From Camelus dromedarius (Eukaryota), in assembly GCF_036321535.1 (NCBI RefSeq), contig NC_087447.1, forward strand, positions 47,370,001 to 47,434,000: a stretch of 64,000 nt of DNA, read 5' to 3'. Below are positions 48,664 to 60,539 of this stretch, piece by piece. The translations under genes and the position numbers were made by a program. The notes under the pieces are model-generated. The model was not told the origin of the DNA and searched no databases. It worked only from the letters and a program-made list of their open reading frames with translations. Position 1 is the first letter of the stretch. Every line of letters starts with the position of its first letter.

Positions 48664-51519
48664 TAAAGGGCACTCTGCAAACATTACTTCTTTCCTTCAA
48701 GCTCCCAAACCCCACTCCACTTGAAGTTTTATGATAACTTGGAATTCTCTAGCTTTGGAAGGATGCAATTCTAGGCCGCCTGCTTCTCTCTTCTGCTACC
48801 TCAGTTCCTGCCCAGACTGCAGCACCAGGAAGCTTCTGCCTTTGCCACACCCAGAGCCAATGTTTGAGCTCCCAGCCAGGGACCTCCCATCCTAGACCCA
48901 CAACTCAGCACAAAGGAAGCTGCCTGTCTGCTCCCTGCTCCCTCCCACCAGCGCTGAACCAGCAAAACCACTGCAGAGTGGCCCAGTCCTACTCATTGCA
49001 CTCTCATCTCCACCACATCCACCCTCCTGCCTCCAATCCCGAATCTCCAGGAAGACAAATTTCTCTCCAGTTCCCCTCAAAAGTGGGATCTCCTTGCTTC
49101 CAGCTGGACAGTCTAACCTCACACCTTTCCACTGCCCAGACCGCCATGGGGAGCACTCTGGGGCTCTGCTGAGAGGGCAGAGGCACGTTCTTCTCTGGCC
49201 TCTCCTGGGCAGCTACAGCTTAAACAAACATCAGAAAGTTTGCAAACAGCTTCCCTGCTAGGGCAGGAGTCTCATCTGCCGCCTCCCTAACCAGGCTGCC
49301 TAGCCCTCATTCACACCTCCCTGCCCCATGGACAGGAAGCTCACCCTCCTTCCCAGGGCAGCCCCTTCCCTATAAGACTGCCCTGTCCCATTGACACTGA
49401 GCCAAGCTGGGCTTCCAGGATTCCCCCACGACCCCAGTGCTGTCTCAGTACTAAGAGCCCAAGGAAAGGTTATAGGGAAAGCCTTGAATGTTAGCACAGC
49501 TATCTAAAAAAGCATCTGATGCATAGATGAGGACACAGGCTTCTAGAGAAGGCCCCTCCCTGGCCCCACCCCACTGCTGGGTTCTTCTCCACGGAGTCTC
49601 CATGCTCCACAAAATGACAGACTTTACAAGTTCCCAGGAGGAGTCTCACTACAGGCAGAAGCTCTGGTAGAAACTTCAAAGGCAGCATCTAAGGCCTGAG
49701 AGGTGTGGAAATGCCCAAGTGCAGGAGGTGGCCGCAAGCCACAGCCTTGGATCTCTACTGTGAGCTCCCTGCTTGCTCTAGAGGCTTGACGGAGGGAGGC
49801 CTTCCAGGCCAGACACACCTCCTCTTTCTGCTTCAAGCCCTGCCATCCTGCCCTGGATCCTGCTGTGTAACCCTGGCTTAATCACTACCTGTCTCTGGGC
49901 TTCAATATTTGCATCTATATAACAAGAAGACTGGGCTGGGCATCCCTGAAACTCTCTAATGGGGAACAGGTGTGGCCACTAAGAGTTCCCGGGGAGGATG
50001 GCAGCTAGATACTTCTCAACTGGGTCCAGCTTCTCAGTCTGATGGCCCAGGATCCTGGCTAGTCCCACCTTAACCTGAAAACAAAGACAACCTGTTCCTT
50101 CAGGGGCCCTCACTGACTAGGAGGGAGCCCGAGTCCCCTAAGGGAAGCCCAGCCCCACACATGACAGACCCTGCAGCATAAGTCCACACACATCTTGTCT
50201 CTCCCTTCAGGCAGGTGGTACCCAAGAGAGAAAGTACTGAGTAGCCAGACCTTGGGTGTGGCCTTGCTGTCAGCAGAGCAAGTATATGGCCTTCACACAC
50301 ATCTACTCATTCATGCTCTCCTGCTTGGACATGGACACCCACATACCCAGACATGTAAGTCCACAGTTTTTCTAGAACCAGGTACATAACATTACACACA
50401 AACCACACCCACAAGCCACACCCACATGCATATAACCACTTGCCAATAAATAAGGCATAAAAATGGACACTCACATGTTCACACATATGAATATGTCTCC
50501 ACTTTTAGACAAACACTGATCCACACACTTTCACCCTCTCAGACCCACATACACACATGTACAACTGGAAACTCACATTCACACACACATACACTCAGAA
50601 CACAAAGAAACCAACCAATCTCACCCCCATCTCAGTATCAAGGAAATTATGATCCAGTAGAAATCCAGACACCGACTACAATGTCAATCCAAATCCATTT
50701 CCAAATCTAAGCCTGCCCACCCCAGAACTATGAAGAAAAAACTTATCACCAGGCTTGCCTCCTCCAGTGTGTCTGTCCCTGCTGTGTGGGGTCCAGCCTC
50801 TCTTCAGCCTCCCTTCCTTCCTATACCATTTCAGCAGGGCCCTGTCACCCCCAGCCTGGTGTAAGTGGAGAATGATAGCCTGTCCTCTCCCCAACCTCAT
50901 CTCTGTTCCTTATCCAACCTCTTCTAACAGGAGAAAGATCCAGGATAGAATGGACTATGGCAGCAACCCCTGCTGGAGACATGTGGCATTACAGCACAGC
51001 TCTATGGTACATGGTCATCACTCCCCAGGCTGGGTGGAGGGGAGAAGGGAAGAAGAGTTGAAGGGAGAGGAAGAAGAGGAAGAGGGAGAGGAGGAAGAAG
51101 ATGTTGAGAGGAAGTGTGGCAGAGGAAGAGGAGTAAAATGCTGGAAGCACCAAGAATGGAGTTCAGAAGCCTCAGGCTGTCTTGGGATACTCCACTCCAA
51201 TCCATTCAGCCCAGGCTGCACGATTAACCATCCCAAAGCCCAACTCTAATCAGGTCCTGCCTCTGCTCAAAACCCTTGGGTAAATCCTGGAGGGCCACAG
51301 CAAGAAGTCCAAACTCAGCCTGGAATTAGTTGTCTGGGGCTGGCTAGTCCACCCTCTTAGCCTCATATCCCAAGGAGCCCAGCCCTTGCCTTCTATCCTT
51401 TGAGTCAAGTCTTTGCTCAGTTGCTCCTTTGCTGAGATGTCTGTCCATATCTTGCCTGTCCTTTGAGGCCCAGCCTTTGCCATCTGGGACAATAATCCAT
51501 GGAAAGGGCAGGAACTTTG

Positions 51520-51730
51520 GGGACAGACAGACCTGTGCTTCAGGCCTGGCTCCACCAGTCACTGGCTGAATACCTCTGGGCAAGTTATTTCCCCTCTCAG
51601 ATCCTCTGTCCCTTCATCCAGAAGACAGCAGTCTCTTGGATTTGTGGTGAGGATTAAATGAGATCATAGATGTGAAAACAGTGCTCTGGAAGCTGTAAAC
51701 TTCTCTGTGAACATGTGAAGAGTCATAATT
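51520..51730 (+). mobile_element. MIR SINE hosting the disabled alternative exon
   Basis: CAGACCTG...GGCTCCACC...TGGGCAAGTTATTT...CTCTCAG...GTGAGGATTAAATGAGAT...TGTGAAA. Confidence 0.75.
51574..51617 (-). pseudogene. PDE2A: Disabled counterpart of a MIR-derived alternative PDE2A first exon (MKGQRI*EGK*LAQ-R)
   Basis: ATG AAG GGA CAG AGG ATC TGA GAG GGG AAA TAA CTT GCC CAG AG|GTATTC: 44 nt, phase 2 like exon 1. Aligns to the human minor-isoform N-terminus as recalled (MKKQRIQEGKSLAHR) but has two in-frame stops. Lies in a MIR. Confidence 0.6.
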
Positions 51731-51943
51731 ATGACTTAATCCTTTTATCCCTGCACCCACCTTCACCCGCCAACGCACAGCAGGCTGAGCGATCCCTGAG
51801 GGAAGAGATTGAGGTTGCTTCGCCTTTGGGCCTTGCACACCCCAGCACTCACCAGGGCCTGCCCCAGGCAGCCTCAGTAGCAGGGTATGGATTTGGATCC
51901 CAGGAGGCAGTACTAAAATGCACTCACTGCAGATTCACCCGAA

Positions 51944-51963
51944 ACTACAACTCCCAGAGTGAC
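51944..51963 (+). promoter_or_regulatory. ACTACAnnTCCCA (ZNF143/THAP11-type) promoter motif
   Basis: ACTACAACTCCCAGAGTGAC, with GGGCGTGGC about 15 nt further on; about 330 nt upstream of the MIR-derived exon ATG. Confidence 0.55.
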
Positions 51964-54129
51964 TCACAGACTGCTATGGGCGTGGCCACAGGCTTAAGCC
52001 CTCGTGGAATCCTTTCTTCCATTGTCTTCCCTTGGGATTAGTCTCAGACCAGACAGGGACGCCTAGGGAGGCAGTCCCAAGCCTCTGAGGTCCCTCAGCC
52101 CCTCCTACAGAGCATTCATAATTCTCACCATTCCCACCACCACGGCTCCATTTTAGACCACCTTGTCTCTCCCACATGATGACAGCTTCTGGGCTCACTA
52201 GCTCTGGTCTCTCTCCCTCCAGCCCCTGAATCTTTCTAAAAGTGTAGGTGAGTGTGGGTGGTTCATAATGGCAGCAGCTAACTTTTCTGAGTACCTGCTG
52301 CATGCCTGGTGCTATGTGCTCCACTTCCAGATCCTTCAGTCATCTGATCAGGAAAGTGTTAGTATTCCCACTCCACTATTCACATGGGTTCAGAGAAGTT
52401 CAGTGGCCCAGGACCACACAGCTACAAAATAAAGTTGCTCAAATTGGAACCTATGTCTCTCTGCCACTTTCTCTATTCTATTTTCAAAGCCTCCTCTGAA
52501 CCCAGGGTAGCCATCCAAAGAGTGAGAGCCCAGAAGCCCCAGGGTTCTCCTATCCCAGCAACTACACTGTTGGGAAGTCCTCCCTGTTGTCTGACTTAAA
52601 TCCTCTCTGCTGCACAAAGCCCCAGTTGCCTTCTGTTTTTCAGGGAAGGCAGTGAGAAGGGTGATTTCAGGGACTTAAAGAAGTGGGTCACATCACTGGG
52701 GACCTGGCCTTTCCCAGGGAGTGGGCAGCTGAACAATGGGAGATAAATGTGTTGAAAACATCCCCATTACTAAATATATCTACTTCCTGAGAGGATGGGG
52801 GTGCTGACAGGGAGCCCATGGCCCCCTCCCCAGAGGCCACAGTCTTATGGCTCAGACAAGCTGGAGTGCTCAGGCTGTCCCGGAGGCAGAGTCAGAGAGG
52901 GTGGGAGGCCAGCGTGGAAGGGGGTGACGTCTCATCCTCCCAGCCAAAGCTGCCAAGCCCAAGCTGGTTTATTTGCATATTACTTTGCATTCATTTGCAT
53001 GCCACTTTCTGGAAGGGGCTCACATCTTCAGCAGCCTCATTTCCAGGGTCTCCGTTTGTTCACTGAATGCCCCATTCTCAAGCAAGGAGAAGACCTGCAG
53101 CAGGCCCTGCTGGGGGCACTGGGAGAGACCAAGAAGTTGCACAGGGCCTATGCCAAGGCTGCTGGGGGACATCTTGGCAGCAGAAAGTGCTTCCTACACA
53201 CTAACTTCAATCCCCTTACTCCTCTCCTGCTCCATCTCTGCTCAGTCCTTCCCCCACCCTTGCACTTCATGCTTAGGCCACTTTGGACACCTACAGTCCT
53301 CACATAAACAAAACCATGCTTGCGCTCACCTCAAGGCCTTTGCACGTGGCATTCCCTCTTCCTGGAGCTGTCCCCCAGTTCTGCATGGAGAAGTGCCTCT
53401 TCCTTTTAAGGCCAGCCCTGGGGCCCCTCCCCCGAAATGCCTTCCTCCAGCACTGGCAGAGGTAGGAAAGACCATGGGCTTCATTCCATGTGGTCACTTG
53501 CTCTGTTCCTCTCCCCACAGGGCCGCCATGTTTGGTTGGGCAGCAATCCACTGAATGGCTGCTGAACAAAGGGAGGAAGGAATCCTGATCCCCCCTCTGT
53601 CAGAGCCCCTCCAGTCCCCCTCTCCCTGGATGACATCACTCACCTGCAGGAGGGGCAGGGCTGAGGAGTGCCTCTGCCTCCAACTCCCCCTCCTGCCCCG
53701 GGAAGCTTCCCCCTCATGCCCACAGCCAGCTCCTATGAAGCCAGGGGGTTCCACAGTCCCTCTGTGCTGGTCAGAAGTTCTCCTTGTTGTCTATCCTCAC
53801 TCCCTATTCTGGCTGGGCTTGTTTCTTTATCATTATTTTTGGAGAGGCCTTGGGGACTGCTGCATCTCAGTTTTACCATCTGTAGTTGGAATAAAGGCTG
53901 CTCTTCTCTCCTGACTCTGCCAGGATGTGTTCATAGCACTTCTAAACCACTATGCCCCAGCCTGGTCCTTAGGAAGGACAGTGACCCAGGATGGAGAAAT
54001 GTCAGAAGGCCAGGCAGCCTGGAGTAGATAGGCCCTGTCGAGGAGCCCAGGGAATTCAGAGTGGGTCATGGGGTCAGAGGGAGGGGGGAACCAAGGAGAG
54101 CTTCCTAGCGGAGGCTTCCTATTCAGAAG

Positions 54130-54610
54130 CCTTTCCCAGGCTCCCTAATTCTACAAAGAAGAGTCCAAGCCCCTTAGCCTGAGACCCCACAAAAGCTGAC
54201 CCCTTCTCCCTTCTGCTCCTCTCCTCAACTCCCTTCTCACCCCTGCCAACCCAAACTCTTTCTGCCCCTTGAATCTGCCGTGCTTTCTCACATCTACCCA
54301 CCTTTACTGGCTGTTCCCTCTGCCTTTCCCTGCCTGGGCAATTCCTATCCATCCTTCAAGATGCAACTCAAATGTCTCTTCCTCGGCAGCCCTGGCTTGG
54401 TGTGGGCCCCCAGAGTTCCCACGGCTTCTCCTTGCACGGCACTGTTCACACTTTGGGGTTGTAGGTTTCCACTTTTGCCTCCCTCATCAGACTGGGCACT
54501 CCCTGAGAGCAGGGTCTGGGTTAGAGTCCTCTCTGTGTCCTCAGAGACCAGCCCAGTGGGCACCAAGCAGGCACTGGCAGATCTCTGTTGAGTAAATGAG
54601 TGAATGGTTG
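54130..54610 (+). mobile_element. L2 LINE 3' end
   Basis: GCTGTTCCCTCTGCC...CATCCTTCAAG...TCAAATGTC...TGTTGAGTAAATGAGTGAATG tail. Confidence 0.7.
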
Positions 54611-56123
54611 GCTGCAGGGATGGGAGCATGCTGAGTGGGTAGATTGCTTAGGACCAAGAAGCAGAAGCCTGGGGAGTACAGGCCTGACCTTACAGCAGCA
54701 TGGCTGAGGGTGAGACTCTCAGTCCATTAAGACTGAAGGGGGTACTGCCAGGCGTTCTGCCTCCCCCATTTGGCTAGATCCCAGCCAAGCCATCAGTAAT
54801 CCCCAGGGACCAGAGGCTGGAGTGGGAAGCAGCAAGACTGGCAGGAGCTGCTCATTGGGCAGGGGGAGCTGGGAGGAGCATAAAGGCAGTTAACCCTCAC
54901 TGAGCCATCCCAGCTCAGGCAAACAAGAGATCCTGTGCAGACCTGAAGTGGGAGAGGACTGAGGCTTGGGTCTGATGAAGAGCTTCAGCCCCGACCTTGC
55001 AGCCAGAAGAGAATGACAAAGCCACAGCCTCAGTTTCCCCATCTAGGAAGAGGGCTCCATGACCTCTGACCCTCTGCACCCTGGCTAGAAACCCCACAGG
55101 GTCCCTCCACTACGTTCCTTGCCTGAGCCTTGTAAGAGCTTTTCTTTCCCAACATCCAGACCCTCTGAGGTCCGGCCAGTGCACCCCCAAACCCAGTCCA
55201 AGTCCAAGCCACCTCCATGCTCCTCTCCCCATCCTGTCTCCCAAGCCCCCCAACCTCTCCCTTCAGAAAGCCCTTGGTCTCATCTGCCCCTTGGCCCACC
55301 TGGCCCCAGACCTCACTGATACTCACATTGGCCTGGTCTCCACCCGGGCCTCCTGGTCCCCACCCCTCTCTTCCAGTTCACCCTTGACAGTGCCACTGAG
55401 GTAGCTTTCTAAATCCCAAATCTGATTATGTCCCTCTGTGGCAATAAAATCTTCCTGGACTCCCTAGGGCCCTCAAGCCCAAGGGCCCTTTATTAGCCCA
55501 AGAAGCCTGGAGTTCAAAGTCCTGTATAATGTGGTTCCTGCCTTTCCTTCCAGTCTCCTCACTGCTCCAGGCACATGCCCAACTCCAACCCAGGACCTTT
55601 GCTTATGCTGTACCTACCCCATCCTCTCTGCCCCATCTGTTAGCTTGATCCTGGTCCTTATTGCTTAATTATTTCCAATCTATTTTATGTTAGGAAGCTT
55701 AGGAGGCCCCAGAGAGCAGAGCCATTATTGCCTATTTCTTTTCTGCATCTCCCCATAGGGTGTAGGATGGATTGTCCTGGGCTCATGGAGGTGATCACAC
55801 ATTCAGCCACCCCCGCCCTGCCTCAGTGGGCCACAGAGTCCCAGCTGTGTCTTTAACCACCAGGGGAAGGAAACAGCCACCCACACACACTCAGCTGAAC
55901 ACATACATATAGACACACACACATACACACACACACACTCATGCACATCATGATCACACACCCACACCAGGACACTTTTGCTAACACAGACACCCACGTG
56001 TACACACACACACATACACACAGTAGCACTAATATTCACGAACAAATATACACACAAACACGAACACACATGGAATCAAACAACATGCTCAATATTGAGC
56101 CAGTAGTTGCAGACACAGCACAC

Positions 56124-56263
56124 TTTTTTGTTTGTTTGTTTTATGAGGGGGAGATAATTAGGTTTATTTATTTATTTATATTTGGAGGAGGTACTGGGGA
56201 TTGAACCCAGGACCTCGTGCATGCTAAGCATGAGCTCTACCACTTGAGCTAGACCCTCCCCCC
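56124..56263 (-). mobile_element. Camelid tRNA-Ala-derived SINE (Vic-1 type)
   Basis: Reverse complement GGGGAGGGTCTAGCTCAAGTGGTAGAGCTCATGCTTAGCATGCACGAGGTCCTGGGTTCAATCCCCAGTACCTCC plus (TAAA)n tail. Target-site duplication ACACAGYACAC at 56113-56123 and 56265-56275. Confidence 0.88.
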
Positions 56264-57256
56264 AACACAGTACACATATTAACATGCATGCCAATAAACA
56301 AATTCAAACACACACATACACGCCTACACACGTGCTCTCACATAAACTGTCACAGTCACAATGGGATGCTCAAACACCCTGACGGGCTGCTGCTTCTTCA
56401 ACCACCAAGGATCTCAGAACTCTACATGCCCCTCCACACCCCACACACCCCCTTGAACCCTACACATGTACACACATACACCCTCATGTAGCCAGGCATA
56501 GACCAACACTGCCACTAACTCGGAGACTTGGAGACACATGTCACTTGTCTGTCACCTCAGCAGCCTTCAGACAGTGAAGGAGCACCTCCACAGAACCCCC
56601 CTCCACTCACCTGCACGTGCATCCCCCTGCACGTGGGCGCACACGAGGCTGGCACACAGGGGCCTCATTCCAACCAGCCCCATGGCTCTCTCTGGGACAG
56701 GGGCTTTGGGGACAAAGTCACCTAAATTGGCAGCTCTGAATCCCAATCCACATTCTGTGGAGGGCAGTTGCCCCAGGAATGCTCTCCTGCTCCAGCGACA
56801 CTCTTACTCATAATTCATGTTGTCTCTTTCTCTCTCTCTCTATCACACACACACACACACACACCCCAGGGTCGTCTGGACATCATTCCTCTCCAGGGTC
56901 CTGAATCAATCTATCAGACTCCAGAGCTCCTTGGGAATCCCCACGCCCCCACCTCCCTCAAACCTCCCCTACCCTTAAAGGGATGGTTCGGGTTCATTAC
57001 CAAACCCTCCCCTAGCCACCAGCCCCTTCTATGAGGCCCCAGCCCCAACACCCCCTAGGTTGATGCCAGGTACCCCACCCTGCACAGAGAAACCCCCATG
57101 CTACAGTCCAGCAACCTGGCCCCCTGGAGCAGGATCGATCCTCCCACGTGGCTCAGCTCCACACCAACCCCAGCTTCTGGGAGGGACTCCTAGGACACTG
57201 TCCATGGCACCTCTTGCAGCCACTCACCCGGACCCTAGCCCCTTGATAGTACTCAC

Positions 57257-57327
57257 GGCTCAGCCGGTCGCGCTGCCGGGTACTGCTGGCTCCTGCAGAG
57301 GATGGAGTGGCCGCATGCCTGCCCCAT
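57257..57327 (-). CDS. PDE2A: PDE2A first coding exon of isoform PDE2A3 (MGQACGHSILCRSQQYPAARPAE-P), 71 nt, ends in phase 2
   Basis: Reverse complement reads GCG ATG GGG CAG GCA TGC GGC CAC TCC ATC CTC TGC AGG AGC CAG CAG TAC CCG GCA GCG CGA CCG GCT GAG CC|GTGAGT. Translation matches the known acylated PDE2A3 N-terminus (Gly2, Cys5, Cys11). Canonical donor at 57251-57256; phase fits exon 2. Confidence 0.97.
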
Positions 57328-57545
57328 CGCTCCTCATCGTCTGCCTCCCCAGCCAGACTAAAGTGGCACCTCGCCCTGTCCACCCTGCCCGGGGTTCCAG
57401 GCAGGGTGCCTGGCCCAGCAGGCACGGGGACCAAGAGCAGTGGCCCTGTCCCCGACTCAGTCTGGACTCAACACCCCAATCCAGTCCTGCTGCCCCACTG
57501 CTCCTGCTTCTCCCGCTGCCACTGCCTCTGCCGCTAGTCTCGCTC
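57328..57545 (-). other. PDE2A: 5' UTR portion of PDE2A3 exon 1 (transcription start approximate)
   Basis: GC-rich sequence directly upstream of the PDE2A3 ATG that resembles the human PDE2A leader as I recall it (GATTGGGGTGTTGAGTCCAG...GGGCGAGGTGCCAC). The 5' boundary cannot be fixed from sequence. Confidence 0.65.
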
Positions 57546-57574
57546 TGGGAGGAGGTTGGAGCAGGTCTGATAAT

Positions 57575-57677
57575 GCAGAAGGGGGAGGGAGGAGGGAGGA
57601 GGAACAGAGAGGCCCTGACAGAGAGGGAGAGAGGGAGGGAGGGGTAGAGAGAGACTCTGGCTGGGAGAGAGGAAAAG

Positions 57678-57713
<36 letters not shown>

Positions 57714-57902
57714 AGAGGGAAAGAAACAGACGGAGACAGGAAAGGGGAGAGAAATACATGAAGGAGAGGAAAGAAGAATCAGAGCCTCATAGAGATCAAG
57801 ATGGAAATACAAAGAGATCATAGAGGCATAGGGAAAAACACACACAGAGGAACAAAGATGGGGGGGAGCAGAGATGGAAATGGAGGGAGGGAGGGAGGGA
57901 GG

Positions 57903-57954
<52 letters not shown>

Positions 57955-57990
57955 AACTGATAGAGGAGGAGCCCAGAGAGAAGTGTGAGG
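57575..57990 (+). repeat. Polypurine (GA)n/(GGGA)n tract upstream of PDE2A3 exon 1
   Basis: (GA)n runs at about 57683-57710 and 57903-57950 in almost purine-only sequence. Confidence 0.9.
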
Positions 57991-59989
57991 ATGAGGGATT
58001 TTTGAGAGATTTTCAGTGCTTATGGGCCAGAATGGGATCTGGACATGAGGGGAGGTGGACAGAACCCGGATCCCCTCATAGAGGCCCTCAGGGCAAGGGG
58101 ACACTCCTGTGTCCTCCTCAACTATGGAAGGGCCAAGCCTCCAGGCAGAACTAGCTCCTTTGTGGTCCCTTCCTGGGTTTGTATCACATCCTAGGATGCA
58201 TCCCCAGCATGGAGATGGGTACACAGGAGGCTTGGAGGGCTTTTGCTGATGGTTTTTGGACTCAAAGCCTTGTCACAGAGTCCACCTCTTGGTGGCTCTG
58301 CTGAGCTGGGACAATGTGGAAGCTGATGCTTGAGCATGGACTCCTACTAGGAGTTGTGGGACCCAGGCCACAGCATGCCCTCCATGGCTTCACTGTCCAC
58401 AGGTTATAAGCCAGGGGGAAGATATGCAACACCTCTGCCCATCCCAGAGGGCAAACGGACTCCTGACTCCCGAGGAGGAAGCCTTAACCCAATGGAATAG
58501 AGGCATTTTAGACAATGGGACAGGTAGGGAGTTGTCTCAGCAGAGACAGAGGAGAAAAGGCTCCACACCTTGAGGCTGGAGATGGGGGTTCAAGTCCTGG
58601 CTCCACCGCTAACCTACTCACTCATTCATTCACAAACACCTACCACTGGCCAAGCTCATCAGACATGACTCAGGCTGTGCCTTGCCTTGGAGAAGCACCC
58701 AGGCAAGGGGTGGGGGGGACTTGCCATGTGACAGAGGAAAGTAAAGGGTCTGTGGTGCCCAGAGGGAGCCCCTGACCCAGTGAGGGGTTAGCAAGCATTT
58801 CCAGAAGAGAGGATATCAGCTGGATGTTTAAAGGCAAGGAAGGGACCCCAGGAAAAGGGGTATATTCCAGGCTAAAGGAGCTATATTTAACCCTCACCAG
58901 TAACCCCACCCCTCTGAGCTGTAGGAGTAACCCCTGCCGCAAACACCAAGCTCCAGGCAGAAAAGCCCACGAGGCTGAGTGGAAACCTGACCCTGCTAAA
59001 GGGCATGGGGGTGCACAGTGGTGGGGGGTGGGCAGGAATGACTGAGCTTGTGCAGGAGGCCTCTCCAGGCTGAGTGCTAGAGAAAGCATTGTCCGTGGCT
59101 TAGGAAGTGTTAGGAAAGAAAATGTGAGGGAGAATGCTTTCCACTGTGGCTACAGAAGGTAGAATTTTAGATCTCTGAAAGCTCTGGGCAAACTGTTTCC
59201 TCAGCCTGACCCATCCCTGGGACCTCACTGCTCCATGCCTGCAGGCTGGGAAGGCATTCTGTAGGCTCAGAAAGCCAAGGCCCTGGACCATGTCCAGTTG
59301 TGGCCTCTCACAGCACCCCTTCATTCCCTGAGGAGCCTGGCAATAAGAAGCTGAGTTAGAGGAGTTCAAAGGAGGGTGCCTCCTGGACGTGGAGGGGAGC
59401 AGGTGCACTGAGGCCTCACATAGCCCTCAGCATCTTTCTGCTCTCCAGCTCTGGAGATGATGGTGGAGGCCTCATCCTCAAAAATCTACTGGGATTACGC
59501 TCAAGCAAGTCAGGTGTGTGTGTCAGGGGTGTCTTCTTTACATCCCACTGCCACACCAGCCTCCCCAGTTGCCCTGGAAATAAGGATTCTGTAGGAATGA
59601 GGTGCAAGATCCAAGACTATGGGTACTCCAGAACTTAGAGCCAGGCAGGTGGAAGATCGAATCCCAGCTCTGCCATGTGCCCTGGGCAGTTATTTCACTT
59701 CTTGGAACTTCAGTTTTATTTTCTCATCTGAAAGACGGGGTAACAAATTCCAAGCTCAAAGCTGTGAGGTCTGGGGAATGTAAAGTTTCCAGTAAAGAGT
59801 GAGCTTCCGCCTCCCCTCCCCTAAAGAGGCTGAATTGATAGGGCGAGGGAGTAACAGTCTTGAATGCTGTGGTAGGGGTTCCTGCAGGACATTGCCAGGA
59901 GGCACCAAAAACGGAGAAGGCCTGAGACTGTCGAGGCCTCCTCTTCCCTCTTCCACCTCGAATTGGCCTGCAAAACCAGCCAGTGCAGG

Positions 59990-60270
59990 AACCCAAGGCC
60001 CTGTGGGATTACAGCGAAGCCCCGCCCCACCGCAGGCCCCGCCCCTGGTCACTCTCCAGGGTGCTGCTCCATGCGTGCCACGTTCACAGGCCCTGGCCTG
60101 CAGCCCCGCTACCGGTCAGCAGACACCGTTTGTTTTTGCTAGCTGGGGAGCTGGAGGGAGGCCGAAGGAAGCAGTATGTTCCTGGGAGGCGCGTGGCTGC
60201 CCAAGGCGATGGGAGGATGCGGCCTCAGGGATCTGGCCTCCACCCTGGGCCCACCACCTCGCGTGGACTG
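59990..60270. promoter_or_regulatory. Small CpG-rich patch with two GC boxes upstream of PDE2A
   Basis: Two CCCCGCCCC boxes at about 60020-60046 and locally retained CpGs. Confidence 0.4.
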
Positions 60271-60539
60271 CAGGCTCCACAGGTTCTAGCATGCTGAGGG
60301 CAGCTTCTTCTGAGTCCTCCCCTGCCACTTCCTGCATGGCTCTATCCCTCCCAGCTTCCAGATGGCCCTTTGTCTCACTCACTGGTTCACCCTATCTTCG
60401 CTCCTTCAATAAGGGTGCTCCTCACTGGAGCACCAGACCCTCACTCCCCTCATTCTCCACCCCTCCACCCTCACGGACCATGGAGCCCTCCACCAACACA
60501 CCTACTCCGAGTGCCCCCTGAGGGCCAGCCCTCTCTCTG

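Noticed and set aside
3844..56263. Oppositely oriented SINE pair forming pre-mRNA dsRNA
   Set aside because: 52 kb apart, short and diverged; pairing is unlikely.
59799..60521. 240-aa ORF divergent from PDE2A
   Set aside because: Non-ATG start, GC-rich composition explains the lack of stops, no recognisable domain.
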